The notes: a model not told the origin generated them from the letters alone. Shown: positions 10,711 to 22,021, counted from the stretch's first letter. The stretch is 64,000 nucleotides of DNA from Oscillospiraceae bacterium (GCA_045636925.1 JAZTYK010000002.1:61170-125169), one strand, 5' to 3'. A program made the numbers and translations.

Positions 10711-11982
10711 TTATTCCAGGAAACCCTTATAGTGGCGCATCAGCATCTGGCTCTCGATGACGCGAACGGTCTCCAGGGCCACGCTGACCATAATCAGAAC
10801 GGAAGTACCACCGATGGCCAAGCCGCCCAGACCCTGAATGTTGCTCAGGACCAGAGGCAGACCGGCGATGATTGCCAGGAAGATGGCACCCATCATGGTG
10901 ACCTTATTCAGCACCTTCTTGATGAAGTCGCTGGTGGGCTTGCCGGGACGGAAGCCGGGGATAAAGCCGCCGTTCTTCTTCATGTTATTGGCAACTTCGA
11001 TGGGGTTAAACTGAATGGCGGAGTAGAAGTACGCAAAGACGAAGATCAGCAGAACATACAGGATGATGTATGCAACGCTGCCCTGTGCGAACCACTCGTT
11101 CACCAGCTTAAAGCCGAAGGAGCCAGCTTCGGGAGAAGTAAATGCTGCGATCGTTGCAGGCACACCGCAGATGGTGGAGGCAAAGATGACGGGCATAACG
11201 CCGGACATATTCACCTTCATGGGCAGAGTGCTTGCCTGACCACCGTACTGCTTACGGCCAACAACACGCTTGGCATACTGTACGGGGATCTTGCGCTCAG
11301 CGCCGGTGATCCAGACGATGAACGCGATGATAGCGACCATCATAACCAGAACGATGATAGCGGCATACCATTCAATGGCCAGCAGGGACTGCAGCGCAGC
11401 AAAGCCGCGGCTGACAATACCGATGAACAGGATGATGGAAATACCGTTGCCCACGCCGTTCTCGGTGATCTGCTCACCCATCCACATGGCAAACATGGAG
11501 CCTGCCACGAAGGTGGTGATGATGACCACTGCGCTCCACAGGTCGGTCTTGGTCAGAACGCCGTAGCTGTCGATCATCATGTAATAACCGATAGCGGTGA
11601 CGATGGCCAGGCCCAGGGTCAGCAGGCGAGTGATACGGGCAATCTTACGCTTGCCCTCTTCGCCGCCTTCCTTTGCCCATGCACCCAGAGAGTTGGGGAA
11701 GGCAACCTGCAGCAGCTGCATTACGATGGAGCTGTTGATGTAGGGATAAATGCTCAGTGCCATGATGGTACCATACTGCAGGCCACCACCGGACAGAGTG
11801 TTGAAGTATCCCAGAACATTGTTGCTGTTTGCGCTGAGGAACTGCTGTGCCAGAGATACGGTGTCCACAAAGGGAACGTAAATGGCATTGGCAAAGCGGT
11901 AAACCACAACGATAAACAGAGTAAAGATGAGTTTCTGACGAAGCTCAGGAATCTTCCAAGCGTTTCTGATGGTTTCAACCAT
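10711..11982 (-). CDS. secY: Preprotein translocase subunit SecY
   Basis: 423-aa multi-TM protein in the canonical position after rplO. Confidence 0.97.
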   Translation of the reverse strand: MVETIRNAWKIPELRQKLIFTLFIVVVYRFANAIYVPFVDTVSLAQQFLSANSNNVLGYFNTLSGGGLQYGTIMALSIYPYINSSIVMQLLQVAFPNSLGAWAKEGGEEGKRKIARITRLLTLGLAIVTAIGYYMMIDSYGVLTKTDLWSAVVIITTFVAGSMFAMWMGEQITENGVGNGISIILFIGIVSRGFAALQSLLAIEWYAAIIVLVMMVAIIAFIVWITGAERKIPVQYAKRVVGRKQYGGQASTLPMKVNMSGVMPVIFASTICGVPATIAAFTSPEAGSFGFKLVNEWFAQGSVAYIILYVLLIFVFAYFYSAIQFNPIEVANNMKKNGGFIPGFRPGKPTSDFIKKVLNKVTMMGAIFLAIIAGLPLVLSNIQGLGGLAIGGTSVLIMVSVALETVRVIESQMLMRHYKGFLE

Positions 11983-11983
11983 A

Positions 11984-12424
11984 TCAGATCACCTCGGCCT
12001 TTCCTCCTACGGCCTCAATCTTCTCCTTGGCGGTAGCGGTGATGCCAGCTGCCTTAACGGTCAGCTTCTTGGTCAGCTCACCCTTGCCCAGGATGCGGAC
12101 GCCGTCCATCTTCTTAGCGACCAGGCCCTTAGCCAGCAGAGTCTCAAAGGAGACCTCGGCACCATCTTCAAAGACATTCAGAGCGCTGACGTTCAGCTCG
12201 GCGTAGTCCTTCGCAAACACGTTGTGGAAACCACGCTTGGGCAGACGACGCATCAGAGGCATCTGGCCACCTTCGAAGCCGGGGCGAACGCCGCCGCCGC
12301 TTCTGGCCCACTGGCCCTTGTGGCCACGGCCTGCGGTCTTACCGTTACCGGTACCGATACCACGGCCCTTACGCTTGCCGACGGTAGTGCTGCCAGCAGC
12401 GGGCTGTAATTCATGCAGTTTCAT
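11984..12424 (-). CDS. rplO: 50S ribosomal protein L15
   Basis: [12 protein letters not shown]...GRGxGxG motif, typical uL15. Confidence 0.97.
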   Translation of the reverse strand: MKLHELQPAAGSTTVGKRKGRGIGTGNGKTAGRGHKGQWARSGGGVRPGFEGGQMPLMRRLPKRGFHNVFAKDYAELNVSALNVFEDGAEVSFETLLAKGLVAKKMDGVRILGKGELTKKLTVKAAGITATAKEKIEAVGGKAEVI

Positions 12425-12438
12425 TTCCGGTAACCTCC

Positions 12439-12618
12439 TTAGTTATTTTCTTCAACCTTGATCAGGTAGCTGATCTGGTTGATCTTGCCACGGGTCATCT
12501 CGTTGTCGGGCTGAACGGTGACATCACCGATCTTGCTCAGACCCAGGGACTTAGCGGTAGCAATGTGCTTCTTAAAGCGGCCGTTCAGGCTCTTTACCAG
12601 AGTAATCTTGTAAGTCAT
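12439..12618 (-). CDS. rpmD: 50S ribosomal protein L30
   Basis: Hand translation gives [59 protein letters not shown] (59 aa, just under the ORF-track cut-off). Confidence 0.93.
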   Translation of the reverse strand: MTYKITLVKSLNGRFKKHIATAKSLGLSKIGDVTVQPDNEMTRGKINQISYLIKVEENN

Positions 12619-12631
12619 TGTTTCGGCCTCC

Positions 12632-13132
12632 TTATTTCAGCTTTGCAGCGTCGACACCGCGAACGGCAGCAACCTGCTGAGCGTCTCTCAGGGCCTTCAG
12701 ACCATCCATGGTAGCAGCGACCACGTTCTGAGGATTGTTAGAACGCAGGCACTTGGTACGGATGTCGTGGATGCCGGCCATCTCAACAACAGCACGGACA
12801 GCGCCACCGGCGATAACACCGGTACCGGGGGCAGCGGGCTTCATCAGCACGCGGCCAGCGCCAAACTTACCCATAACCTCGTGGGGAATGGTGGTACCTG
12901 CCAGAGAGACATGAACCAGATTCTTCTTGGCGTCCTCGATGCCCTTGCGGATTGCATCGGGTACTTCAGAGGACTTGCCCAGGCCGTAACCTACGGTTCC
13001 GTTACCATCGCCTACAACAACCAGAGCAGCGAACTTGAAGATACGACCGCCCTTAACCGTCTTAGAAACACGGTTCAGAGCAACAACCTTCTCCTTCAGC
13101 TCAAGGGTATTGGCGTCAATCAATTTAGCCAT
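12632..13132 (-). CDS. rpsE: 30S ribosomal protein S5
   Basis: Typical uS5 sequence. Confidence 0.97.
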   Translation of the reverse strand: MAKLIDANTLELKEKVVALNRVSKTVKGGRIFKFAALVVVGDGNGTVGYGLGKSSEVPDAIRKGIEDAKKNLVHVSLAGTTIPHEVMGKFGAGRVLMKPAAPGTGVIAGGAVRAVVEMAGIHDIRTKCLRSNNPQNVVAATMDGLKALRDAQQVAAVRGVDAAKLK

Positions 13133-13147
13133 GTTCGTTGTCCTCCC

Positions 13148-13507
13148 TTAAAACTTCAGTCCGCTCTCGCGGGCGGCGTCTGCCAGTGCCTGTACGCGAC
13201 CATGATAAACATAGCCGCCGCGGTCGAAGACCACGTTCTCGATGCCCTTGGCCAGAGCACGCTCGGCGATCAGAGCGCCGACCTTCTTTGCGGCGTCGCA
13301 GTTGCCGCCGTAGATGCCGAAATCCTTCTCGTTGGAAGCAGCAGCAACCAGAGTGTTGCCGGCTACGTCATCGATCAGCTGGGCATAGATGTTCTTGGAG
13401 CTGCGGAAAACAGCCAGACGGGGTCTCTCAGCAGTGCCGGAGATCTTAGCGCGCACGCGGCGATGTCTCTTCAGTCTCTGAGCGTTGGAATCAAACTTCT
13501 TAACCAT
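13148..13507 (-). CDS. rplR: 50S ribosomal protein L18
   Basis: The ATG at 13507 lies 7 nt after GGAGGT. The translation [19 protein letters not shown] is typical uL18. Confidence 0.95.
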   Translation of the reverse strand: MVKKFDSNAQRLKRHRRVRAKISGTAERPRLAVFRSSKNIYAQLIDDVAGNTLVAAASNEKDFGIYGGNCDAAKKVGALIAERALAKGIENVVFDRGGYVYHGRVQALADAARESGLKF

Positions 13508-13521
13508 GTTGCGCACCTCCC

Positions 13522-14067
13522 TTATTTCTTCTTACCGCCGGTCTTGCCCTCTTTGCGACGGACAACTTCACCAGCATAGCGGATACCCTTGCCCTTATAA
13601 GGCTCGGGGGGTCTCTTCTCACGGACTTCAGCGGCAAACTGGCCAACAACCTGCTTGTCGATGCCGGAGACGATGATCTTGTTGGGAGCGGGGACTTCGA
13701 TGGTGATGCCCTCGATCTCCTCCATGATGACCTGGTGGGAATAACCCAGGTTCATAACCAGGTTCTTACCATCCTTGGCGACACGGTAACCGACGCCCAG
13801 GACTTCCAGTTCCTTCTTGTAGCCCTTTTCCACGCCCTCGATCATGTTGCTGATCAGAGTACGGGTCAGGCCGTGCAAGCTCTTGTGCTCCTTGACTTCG
13901 CTGGGACGCTTAACCAGCACGGTGTTGCCTTCCACCTCGATGATCATATCGGGGTGCATGGTCTGGGTCAGTTCACCCTTGGGGCCCTTGACAGTGACAA
14001 CGTTTTTGTCAACAGCAACCGTTACATTGGCAGGAACGGTAATGGGCATTCTTCCGATTCTGGACAT
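13522..14067 (-). CDS. rplF: 50S ribosomal protein L6
   Basis: [15 protein letters not shown] is typical uL6. Confidence 0.97.
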   Translation of the reverse strand: MSRIGRMPITVPANVTVAVDKNVVTVKGPKGELTQTMHPDMIIEVEGNTVLVKRPSEVKEHKSLHGLTRTLISNMIEGVEKGYKKELEVLGVGYRVAKDGKNLVMNLGYSHQVIMEEIEGITIEVPAPNKIIVSGIDKQVVGQFAAEVREKRPPEPYKGKGIRYAGEVVRRKEGKTGGKKK

Positions 14068-14083
14068 TGCTTCTTACCTCCTA

Positions 14084-14482
14084 TTACCAAATGAATGCCA
14101 GGACTTCGCCGCCGATGTGGGCTTCGCGAGCCTGCTTGTCGGTCATGACGCCCTTGGAAGTAGAGATGATGGCGATACCCAGGCCCTTCAGGACGCGGGG
14201 CAGCTCATCAGCACCGGCATACACACGCAGGCCGGGCTTGCTGACGCGGCGCAGGCCGGAGATGGCCTTTTCGCGGTTAGCAGTGTACTTCAGGGTGATC
14301 TTGATGGTGCCCTGGACACCATCTTCAACGATTTCGTATGCCTTGATGTAGCCTTCATCCAGCAGGATCTGAGCGATGGCCTTCTTCATCTTGGAAGCGG
14401 GAACCTCGACAGTTGCGTGACGGGCGGCACCGGCATTGCGGATGCGAGTAAGCATATCCGCGATGGGATCAGTGATCTGCAT
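14084..14482 (-). CDS. rpsH: 30S ribosomal protein S8
   Basis: [17 protein letters not shown] is typical uS8. Confidence 0.97.
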   Translation of the reverse strand: MQITDPIADMLTRIRNAGAARHATVEVPASKMKKAIAQILLDEGYIKAYEIVEDGVQGTIKITLKYTANREKAISGLRRVSKPGLRVYAGADELPRVLKGLGIAIISTSKGVMTDKQAREAHIGGEVLAFIW

Positions 14483-14699
14483 TGTTTTTTTCCTCCTTAG
14501 AAGTTAGAGAGTGGCTTGTTTTTGCTGTTTTTCAACCGGGGGATAACCCCCGTCGGATTGTTCCGATTAGGGCCATGCCGGGGTTTGATTGCGCAGCGGC
14601 CCTCTCCACTATTCTTGATCAAGTGCCTTTGGCACATGATATTACGGCTGGGTGGGGCGAGGAGAGGATTTCTCTCCTGCCCCGGTTTGGCGCATTAGC

Positions 14700-14885
14700 T
14701 TACCAAGAAGCCTTCTTGACGCCGGGGATCTGACCCTTGTAGGCCAGCTCTCTGAAGCAGATACGGCAGATGCCGAAATCTCTCAGATAGGCATGGGGAC
14801 GGCCGCAGATCTTGCAGCGGTTGTAGTTCCGAGTAGAGAACTTGCTGCCCTTCTGCTGCTTCAGTACCATTGCTTTCTTTGCCAT
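14700..14885 (-). CDS. rpsZ: 30S ribosomal protein S14, zinc-binding type Z (61 aa)
   Basis: [21 protein letters not shown] with two CxxC pairs. Confidence 0.97.
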   Translation of the reverse strand: MAKKAMVLKQQKGSKFSTRNYNRCKICGRPHAYLRDFGICRICFRELAYKGQIPGVKKASW

Positions 14886-14903
14886 TGTCTAAATCCTCCC
14901 CAA

Positions 14904-15458
14904 TTATTTCGCGAAGGGAGCGCCCAGCAGAGTGAGCAGCTCACGAGCTTCTTCGTCGGTGCCGGCGGTGGTGGTGAACACGATATCCATGCCGCGGATC
15001 TTGTCGATCTTATCGTACTCGATCTCGGGGAAAATCAGCTGTTCCTTCACACCCATGGCATAGTTGCCGCGGCCGTCAAAGCCGTTGGGGTTGATTCCGC
15101 GGAAGTCACGGACGCGGGGCAGGGCGATGCTGAACAGTCTGTCCAGGAACTCCCACATACGGGCACCGCGCAGGGTGACCTTGGCGCCGATGTTCATGCC
15201 TTCACGCAGCTTGAAGTTAGCAACGCTCTTCTTAGCCTTGGTGATGACGGGCTTCTGGCCAGCGATCTTGGTCAGGTCAGCCACAACGGCATCCAGAACC
15301 TTAGCGTTGTCACGGGCTTCGCCGCAACCAACGTTGATGGTGATCTTATCCAGCTTGGGGATCTGCATCACGCTCTTGTACTCGAACTTCTTCATCAGAG
15401 CGGGAGCGACTTCCTCGCTGTACTTAACCTTCAGACGAGGGATGTAATTCTCATTCAT
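14904..15458 (-). CDS. rplE: 50S ribosomal protein L5
   Basis: Typical uL5 sequence. GAGGAGG RBS upstream. Confidence 0.97.
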   Translation of the reverse strand: MNENYIPRLKVKYSEEVAPALMKKFEYKSVMQIPKLDKITINVGCGEARDNAKVLDAVVADLTKIAGQKPVITKAKKSVANFKLREGMNIGAKVTLRGARMWEFLDRLFSIALPRVRDFRGINPNGFDGRGNYAMGVKEQLIFPEIEYDKIDKIRGMDIVFTTTAGTDEEARELLTLLGAPFAK

Positions 15459-15477
15459 TGTTTATATCCTCCTCGTC

Positions 15478-15792
15478 TTAGATTTCTGCGCCGCACTTCT
15501 TGCAGACGGTCAGCTTCTTGCCGTCGACAATCTTGTGTGCGGTGCGGGTGGCCTTGCCACACTTGGGGCAGACACGCATAACCTTGCAGGCATGGATGGG
15601 GGTCTCGCGGTTAACGATACCACCGGTCTCGCCCTGACGGCGGGGCTTGGTGTGGTGGGCAGTGATTGCAATGCCTTCAACCACAACAGTGCCCTTCTTG
15701 GGAGACACGGACAGAACCTTGCCCTGCTTGCCCTTATCCTTGCCGGAAAGTACTACTACGGTGTCGCCGGTCTTCACATTCAGAGTGTTCAT
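15478..15792 (-). CDS. rplX: 50S ribosomal protein L24
   Basis: KTGDTVVVLSGKDKGKQGKV KOW motif. Contains a C-terminal CPKCG...CKKCG zinc-ribbon-like insertion. Confidence 0.95.
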   Translation of the reverse strand: MNTLNVKTGDTVVVLSGKDKGKQGKVLSVSPKKGTVVVEGIAITAHHTKPRRQGETGGIVNRETPIHACKVMRVCPKCGKATRTAHKIVDGKKLTVCKKCGAEI

Positions 15793-15807
15793 TCTTAGGC
15801 GTCCTCC

Positions 15808-16176
15808 TTACAGTACTTCGGGAGCCAGGGACAGGATCTTCATGTAATCTCTGTCACGCAGCTCGCGGGCAACCGGTCCAAAGATACGGGTGCCCTTGGG
15901 GGTCTTATCTTCCTTGATGATTACGGCAGCGTTCTCATCGAAGCGGACGTAGCTGCCGTCAGCACGGCGCAGACCCTTGCGGGTGCGCACGATGACAGCC
16001 TTAACAACGTCGCCCTTCTTAACCTGGCCGCCGGGGGCAGCCTTGCGGACGGAGCAGACGATGACGTCGCCGATATTGCCGTATCTACGAGTGGAACCGC
16101 CGAGAACGCGGATGCACTTCAGTTCTTTTGCGCCGGTATTGTCTGCGACGCGCAGATAGGATTCCTGCTGTACCAC
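15808..16176 (-). CDS. rplN: 50S ribosomal protein L14
   Basis: [18 protein letters not shown] is typical uL14. Confidence 0.97.
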   Translation of the reverse strand: MVQQESYLRVADNTGAKELKCIRVLGGSTRRYGNIGDVIVCSVRKAAPGGQVKKGDVVKAVIVRTRKGLRRADGSYVRFDENAAVIIKEDKTPKGTRIFGPVARELRDRDYMKILSLAPEVL

Positions 16177-16188
16177 GACATTACCTCC

Positions 16189-16446
16189 TTACTTGGCCTT
16201 CTCGATGATCTCAACAACGCGCCATCTCTTGTCCTTGGACAGGGGACGGGTCTCCATCACGCGAACCTTGTCGCCGACGCCGCACTCGTTGATCTCGTCG
16301 TGTGCCTTCAGTTTATAAGTTCTCTTCACAGTCTTCTTGTAAAGAGGATGCTGCACTCTGTCTTCAACTGCAACAACAACGGTCTTATCCATCTTGTCAG
16401 AAACGACCATGCCGACCCTTGTCTTGCGGAAAGCTCTATCACTCAT
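16189..16446 (-). CDS. rpsQ: 30S ribosomal protein S17
   Basis: Typical uS17 sequence. Confidence 0.97.
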   Translation of the reverse strand: MSDRAFRKTRVGMVVSDKMDKTVVVAVEDRVQHPLYKKTVKRTYKLKAHDEINECGVGDKVRVMETRPLSKDKRWRVVEIIEKAK

Positions 16447-16469
16447 GATTTATTTCCTCCTTTTACGAC

Positions 16470-16673
16470 TTAGGCCTCTGCGTTGAGCTCGCGCTCACGC
16501 AGCACAGTCTGGATACGGGCAATCGCCTTCTTGGTCTCACGGATCTTGACGGGATTGTCCAGCTGGTTGGTAGCGAGCTGCAGACGCAGATTGAACAGGT
16601 CCTTCTTCAGCTCAACCAGCTTCTCAGCCAGCTGCTCATTATTCAGTTCGCGAACTTCCTTAACCTGCATCAT
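16470..16673 (-). CDS. rpmC: 50S ribosomal protein L29
   Basis: Typical uL29 sequence. Overlaps the rplP stop. Confidence 0.95.
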   Translation of the reverse strand: MMQVKEVRELNNEQLAEKLVELKKDLFNLRLQLATNQLDNPVKIRETKKAIARIQTVLRERELNAEA

Positions 16674-17107
16674 GCTTCACCACCATTCTTGACTTCGGCG
16701 TCCTCACGCTTTACAAACTTGCACTTGACGGGCAGCTTGTAGCTGGCCAGACGCATGGCCTCGCGGGCGATCTCCTCAGAAACACCGGCGATCTCAAACA
16801 TGACACGGCCGGGCTTGACGACTGCCACCCAGTATTCGGGGGAACCCTTACCGGAACCCATTCGGGTTTCAGCGGGCTTCTCAGTAACGGGCTTGTCGGG
16901 GAAGATCTTGATCCACACCTGACCGCCACGCTTGGTGTAACGGGTCATGGCGATACGAGCGGCCTCGATCTGGTTGCTGGTGATCCAGGCGGGCTCGGTA
17001 GCCATCAGGCCAAACTCACCGTTGGAAACAAAGTTGCCGCGGGTAGCCTTGCCGGTCATACGGCCGCGATGAACGCGACGATATTTGACTCTCTTGGGCA
17101 GTAACAT
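16670..17107 (-). CDS. rplP: 50S ribosomal protein L16
   Basis: [17 protein letters not shown] is typical uL16. Confidence 0.97.
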   Translation of the reverse strand: MLLPKRVKYRRVHRGRMTGKATRGNFVSNGEFGLMATEPAWITSNQIEAARIAMTRYTKRGGQVWIKIFPDKPVTEKPAETRMGSGKGSPEYWVAVVKPGRVMFEIAGVSEEIAREAMRLASYKLPVKCKFVKREDAEVKNGGEA

Positions 17108-17955
17108 TATTCAGCTCCTCCTTCTTCCTTCTTGGGAGCGGCGGGGCGCTGATAAGGACGGCCCTGGGGTCCGCGGGGACCGGCAGAGAACTGCTTGCGC
17201 TCGCCAAACTTCTTGTCACCGCGACGCTCGCCACCCTCACGACGGGGTGCACGATCACGGCGATCGCCATCGCGACGGTCGCGACGGTCACGGCGGGGAG
17301 CCTCCACAGAAGTGGTGCGGGGGCCGCCGGTGAGGACTTCGCCCTTGTACAGCCAGACCTTTACGCCGATACGGCCGTAGGTGGTCTTAGCCTCTGCGAA
17401 GCCGTAGTCGATGTCGGCGCGCAGGGTCTGCAGGGGAATAGTGCCCTCGTGATAATGATCGGTACGGGCGATTTCAGCGCCGCCCAGACGACCAGACACA
17501 CAGGTCTTGATGCCCTTAGCGCCCAGCTTCATAGCACGGCCCATAGCCAGCTTCATAGCGCGGCGATAAGAGATACGCTTTTCCAGCTGCTGAGCGATGT
17601 TCTCGGCAACCAGCTGAGCGTTCAGATCGGGATTGCGAACTTCCACGATGCTGATGGCAACGGGCTTGCCGATCATCTTGGAAACGGTTTCCTGCAGCTT
17701 CTCAACCTCGCTGCCGCCCTTACCGACGATCATGCCGGGGCGTGCGCAGTGGATGAAGATGCGGACCTTAGCGCTGTCGCGCTCGATCTCGATCTTGGGG
17801 ATGCCTGCCTGCTGCAGGCTGTTCTTCAGGTATTCACGGATCTTGTAGTCTTCCACGATCAGGTCGCCGACGAGTTCGTCCTTGGCAAACCAACGGGAAT
17901 CCCAACCCTTGATAACACCCACGCGAAGACCGTGGGGATTGACTTTCTGGCCCAT
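17107..17955 (-). CDS. rpsC: 30S ribosomal protein S3 with a ~60-aa Arg/Asp/Gly-rich C-terminal extension
   Basis: [13 protein letters not shown] is typical uS3. The tail reads [32 protein letters not shown]... Confidence 0.97.
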   Translation of the reverse strand: MGQKVNPHGLRVGVIKGWDSRWFAKDELVGDLIVEDYKIREYLKNSLQQAGIPKIEIERDSAKVRIFIHCARPGMIVGKGGSEVEKLQETVSKMIGKPVAISIVEVRNPDLNAQLVAENIAQQLEKRISYRRAMKLAMGRAMKLGAKGIKTCVSGRLGGAEIARTDHYHEGTIPLQTLRADIDYGFAEAKTTYGRIGVKVWLYKGEVLTGGPRTTSVEAPRRDRRDRRDGDRRDRAPRREGGERRGDKKFGERKQFSAGPRGPQGRPYQRPAAPKKEEGGAE

Positions 17956-17972
17956 TCGGTTAACCTCCTGAC

Positions 17973-18308
17973 TTATTCTTTCTCGGCGAGAACCAGGCTG
18001 ATGTGGCAGGTTCTCTTATTGATGCGGTTTGCGCCGCCGCGTGCACGAGGCATCATTCTCTTCAGAATGGGGCCGGGGCAAACGAAAACCTTGGCGACGT
18101 ACAGCTTCTCGGGATCCATTTCGAAATTGTTTTCTGCATTTGCAGCGCAGCTCTTGACGAGCTTCAGCAGAGGCTCGCTGGCTGCCTTACGGGTGTTCAT
18201 CAGAATTGCAACAGCAGTGCCCAGGTCCTTGCCGCGGATCAGGTCGCAGACGATCTGAACCTTACGGGGAGAGATGCGCACATACTTTACAGATGCTTTA
18301 GCTTCCAT
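17973..18308 (-). CDS. rplV: 50S ribosomal protein L22
   Basis: Typical uL22 sequence. Confidence 0.97.
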   Translation of the reverse strand: MEAKASVKYVRISPRKVQIVCDLIRGKDLGTAVAILMNTRKAASEPLLKLVKSCAANAENNFEMDPEKLYVAKVFVCPGPILKRMMPRARGGANRINKRTCHISLVLAEKE

Positions 18309-18325
18309 TGTGTTTTCCCTCCTGC

Positions 18326-18595
18326 TTACTTGGACTTGCTGCCCGCATGACCCTTAAAGGTGCGGGTGGGAGCAAACTCTCCCAGCTTGTGACCGACCAT
18401 GTCTTCGGTGACATAGACGGGAACGTGCTTCTTACCATCATGAACAGCGATGGTGTGGCCCACGAACTCCGGGAAGATGGTGGATGCGCGGGACCAGGTC
18501 TTCAGAACCTTCTTCTCGCCAGCTTCGTTCAGCTGGTTGACTCGCTTCAGCAGCTCAGGAGCCACGAAGGGGCCCTTCTTAATGCTTCTGCCCAT
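18326..18595 (-). CDS. rpsS: 30S ribosomal protein S19
   Basis: [11 protein letters not shown] is typical uS19. Confidence 0.97.
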   Translation of the reverse strand: MGRSIKKGPFVAPELLKRVNQLNEAGEKKVLKTWSRASTIFPEFVGHTIAVHDGKKHVPVYVTEDMVGHKLGEFAPTRTFKGHAGSKSK

Positions 18596-18613
18596 TTACT
18601 TGTGTCTCCTTTC

Positions 18614-19444
18614 TTATTTGCCGTTACGACGACGGACGATCTGCTTGTCGGTGCGATGGTTCTGCTTGCGGGTCTTGTAACCCAGAGCAGGCTTACCCCA
18701 GGGGGTAACAGGACCGCTGCGGCCGATGGGGGACTTACCCTCACCACCACCGTGGGGGTGGTCACAGGGGTTCATGACGGAGCCGCGGACGGTGGGACGG
18801 ATGCCCAGGTGACGGGTCTTACCGGCCTTACCGCGGTTGATGTTCTCCTGATCGGCGTTGCCGACCTGGCCGATGGTTGCGCGGCAGGTCATCTTCACAT
18901 AGCGAACTTCGCCGGAGGGAAGACGGACCTGAGCAGCGGAACCTTCCTTAGCCATCAGCTGAGCAGCAGCGCCAGCGCTGCGAACCAGCTGACCGCCGCG
19001 GCCGGGATACAGCTCGATGTTGTGGATCATGGTACCCAGAGGGATGTTGGCGATGGGCAGGCAGTTGCCGGGCTTGATGTCAGCGTCGGCACCGGTCTGG
19101 ATCAGATAGCCAACCTTCAGACCATCGGGAGCCAGGATGTAACGCTTCTCGCCATCTTCGTACTGAATCAGGGCGATGTGAGCGGTACGGTTGGGGTCAT
19201 ATTCCAGGGTCAGAACGGTTGCGTTCATCTCCTTGTCACGCTTAAAGTCGATGACACGATACTTTCTCTTGTTGCCGCCGCCATGATGACGAACGGTGAT
19301 TCTGCCGTAGCTGTTGCGACCAGCGGTCTTCTTCAGCGTTTCCAGCAGGCTCTTTTCGGGCTTTACCTTGCTAAGGCCTCTGTAATCGGTAACAGTCATG
19401 TTACGACGAGAGGGAGTAGTAGGCTTAAAGCTCTTGATTGCCAT
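18614..19444 (-). CDS. rplB: 50S ribosomal protein L2
   Basis: Typical uL2 sequence ([13 protein letters not shown]). Confidence 0.97.
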   Translation of the reverse strand: MAIKSFKPTTPSRRNMTVTDYRGLSKVKPEKSLLETLKKTAGRNSYGRITVRHHGGGNKRKYRVIDFKRDKEMNATVLTLEYDPNRTAHIALIQYEDGEKRYILAPDGLKVGYLIQTGADADIKPGNCLPIANIPLGTMIHNIELYPGRGGQLVRSAGAAAQLMAKEGSAAQVRLPSGEVRYVKMTCRATIGQVGNADQENINRGKAGKTRHLGIRPTVRGSVMNPCDHPHGGGEGKSPIGRSGPVTPWGKPALGYKTRKQNHRTDKQIVRRRNGK

Positions 19445-19590
19445 AAGTGTTCACTCCTATTCTAAGTCGTTTCGCGCCGCAGATTGCGGCATACATTCGG
19501 CGGTGCAGCCTGGGCAGGCTGCCCGCGCGGTCTGAGGGCGCATATTCGCCCCTCGTCTGTGCCGGCGTACCGGCGGATTTTGTTCTCAGA

Positions 19591-19890
19591 TTAGAACATA
19601 CCCTCGAAGAGCTCGATGCCCTTGGAGTCTTCGGTCAGACGGATGACCGCCTTCTTCCAGTCAGAGGTGCGGCCGTACTTCATGGTACGGGTGCGCTTTG
19701 CCTTGCCCTGGACATTCATGGTGTTGACGCTCAGCACCTTCACACCGGGGAACACAGTCTCGATAGCCTTGCGGATCTCAACCTTGTTGGCGTCCTTTGC
19801 GACCTCGAAGACGTACTTCTTGTCAGCGATGGACTCCATGGACTTTTCGGTGATGACGGGGCGAATGATTACATCATAAGCAGTTCTCAT
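19591..19890 (-). CDS. rplW: 50S ribosomal protein L23
   Basis: Typical uL23 sequence. Confidence 0.97.
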   Translation of the reverse strand: MRTAYDVIIRPVITEKSMESIADKKYVFEVAKDANKVEIRKAIETVFPGVKVLSVNTMNVQGKAKRTRTMKYGRTSDWKKAVIRLTEDSKGIELFEGMF

Positions 19891-20513
19891 TTTGCGTAAA
19901 CCTCCTGGATCTTTTCAACAGCTGCCTTGTCCACGATGAACTTGTCAGCCTTCAGGATGTCGTAGACAGAGATGATGCTGGAGATAGTGGTCTGCACGCC
20001 GGGGATGTTACGGGCGGACAGAACAACGTTCTTGTTGACCTCGGGGGTCACAACCAGAGCCTTGCCGGTAGCACCGACAGCGCCCAGGAACTCCACCATG
20101 CTCTTGGTCTTAACGGCTTCCAGAGCGATGTTGTCCACGACCACCAGATTGCCGGCGGCCAGCTTAGCGGACAGAGCAGAGCAGATTGCCAGCTTCTTGG
20201 TCTTCTTATTCAGACGGTAGCTGTAATCGCGGGGCTTGGGACCCAGGGCGATACCGCCGTGGAACCACTGGGGAGCACGGGTGCTGCCCTGACGAGCGCG
20301 ACCGGAACCCTTCTGTCTCCAGGGCTTTCTGCCGCCGCCGGAAACCTCTGCACGGGTCAGAGTGCTCTGGGTGCCCTGACGCATGTTAGCCAGATGATTC
20401 TTCACATCAGCATGCATAACAACAGCGTTGGGCTCGATGCCGAAGACCTTGTCATTCAGCTCGATGGTGCCGACGACCTGGCCGGCCATATTCACTACGT
20501 TCGTATTAGCCAT
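19887..20513 (-). CDS. rplD: 50S ribosomal protein L4
   Basis: Typical uL4 sequence (GGGRKPWRQKGSGRAR). Confidence 0.97.
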   Translation of the reverse strand: MANTNVVNMAGQVVGTIELNDKVFGIEPNAVVMHADVKNHLANMRQGTQSTLTRAEVSGGGRKPWRQKGSGRARQGSTRAPQWFHGGIALGPKPRDYSYRLNKKTKKLAICSALSAKLAAGNLVVVDNIALEAVKTKSMVEFLGAVGATGKALVVTPEVNKNVVLSARNIPGVQTTISSIISVYDILKADKFIVDKAAVEKIQEVYAK

Positions 20514-20530
20514 GTTGGTTTCCTCCTCCC

Positions 20531-21163
20531 TTAAGCCTTGACAGTGTTCTTGATGAACACCACGCCGCCCTTGGGGCCGGGAACGGCGCCGCGAATGGCG
20601 ATCATGTTTGCCTCTGCATCAACCTTGACGATTTCCAGGTTCTGAACAGTGACCTGCTCGGCGCCCAGATGACCGGGCATGTGCTTGCCGGGCATGACGC
20701 GAGAGGGATCAGTGTTCGCACCGGTGGAACCGACGGAGCGATGGACAGGGCCAACGCCGTGGGTGTGCTCCTGGGAATGAGCGTTCCAACGCTTGACAAC
20801 GCCGGCGTAGCCCTTACCCTTGCTGGTACCGACGACATCGATCTTGTCGCCAGCTGCGAAGACATCAGCCTTCAGAACATCGCCGACATTGTAGGCAGCG
20901 CAGTTCTCCAGGCGGAACTCCTTCAGATACTTCTTTGCGGAGACGCCAGCCTTTTCGAAGTGACCCTTCATGGGCTTGGTCAGCTTCTTGTCTGCCAGGT
21001 CCTCAAAACCCAGCTGGACACTTTCATAACCGTCGTTCTCCACGGTCTTCTTCTGCACCACGGTGCAGGGGCCTGCCTCGATAACAGTGACGGGGATGAC
21101 CTTGCCGGTCTCGTCAAAGATCTGAGTCATGCCAACTTTCTTTCCGATGATTGCTTTCTGCAC
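20531..21163 (-). CDS. rplC: 50S ribosomal protein L3
   Basis: Typical uL3 sequence. Confidence 0.97.
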   Translation of the reverse strand: MQKAIIGKKVGMTQIFDETGKVIPVTVIEAGPCTVVQKKTVENDGYESVQLGFEDLADKKLTKPMKGHFEKAGVSAKKYLKEFRLENCAAYNVGDVLKADVFAAGDKIDVVGTSKGKGYAGVVKRWNAHSQEHTHGVGPVHRSVGSTGANTDPSRVMPGKHMPGHLGAEQVTVQNLEIVKVDAEANMIAIRGAVPGPKGGVVFIKNTVKA

Positions 21164-21305
21164 GTTATTTCCTCCTTGCAGTTAGTGGTTGGTCAGCAGT
21201 ACAAAGCAGTAACGGTGCTTTGCCTTCACTTCTCAACATAACCTGTCCGCTTTCGCGAACCAGGGTTGCTGACTTTCTAATAAATGTACGCGGGGGTTTG
21301 GGGTC

Positions 21306-21614
21306 TTACAGCTTGATCTCGATCTCAACGCCGGCGGGCAGATCCAGATTCATCAGAGCCTCAACGGTCTTCTGAGAAGGATTGTTGATGTCGATCAGTC
21401 GCTTGTGGGTGCGACGCTCAAACTGCTCACGGCTGTCCTTGTACTTGTGAACAGCGCGCAGGATGGTAACGACCTTCTTGTCGGTGGGCAGGGGGATGGG
21501 GCCGGAAACCTGAGCGCCGGTGCGCTTTGCGGTCTCAACGATCTTCTCTGCTGCCTGGTCGATCACCTGATGGTCATAAGCCTTCAGTCTGATGCGCATT
21601 TTCTGCTGTGCCAT
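21306..21614 (-). CDS. rpsJ: 30S ribosomal protein S10
   Basis: The start [15 protein letters not shown] at 21614 follows a CAGGAGGAA RBS. The ORF-track start at 21638 is an upstream in-frame ATG. Confidence 0.96.
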   Translation of the reverse strand: MAQQKMRIRLKAYDHQVIDQAAEKIVETAKRTGAQVSGPIPLPTDKKVVTILRAVHKYKDSREQFERRTHKRLIDINNPSQKTVEALMNLDLPAGVEIEIKL

Positions 21615-21992
21615 GTTTGGTTCCTCCTGTTTTTTCATACAATGTTGTTCGTTGTCCCTTCCGGGGTGGCGCCCCGAGCGGGACGGCGGTCGTCATTGTA
21701 CGGCTTGGAAAGTGTACCTCGCTGCCGGGTGTATCTAAAAAATGGCATAAAGGAAACCGGCGATATACATATATCCGTCCGGCATCTCAAAAACACCTGT
21801 TGGTTCCCTCCGGGCTTTCCGGCACATGCCGGTAGTTCCACAGCTTTGCGGGGACGCTGGTGTGTTTCTCTTTCCTGCCGCCCGATTATCGGACCTACTC
21901 CGCCGAAGTTACCTGCCTAAGCAGCAATCTCCAGCATCATCGCGTTGCCTGTGATATGTGACAGGCATACTGCGCCCATTAGGCGCTCTTAC

Positions 21993-22021
21993 AATATAAC
22001 ACTACACCAAAAAAATGTCAA
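21993..22021 (-). promoter_or_regulatory. Consensus-like sigma-70 promoter of the S10 ribosomal operon
   Basis: Minus strand TTGACA (22016..22021)-17 nt-TATATT (21993..21998). This implies a ~370-nt leader before rpsJ. Confidence 0.65.
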
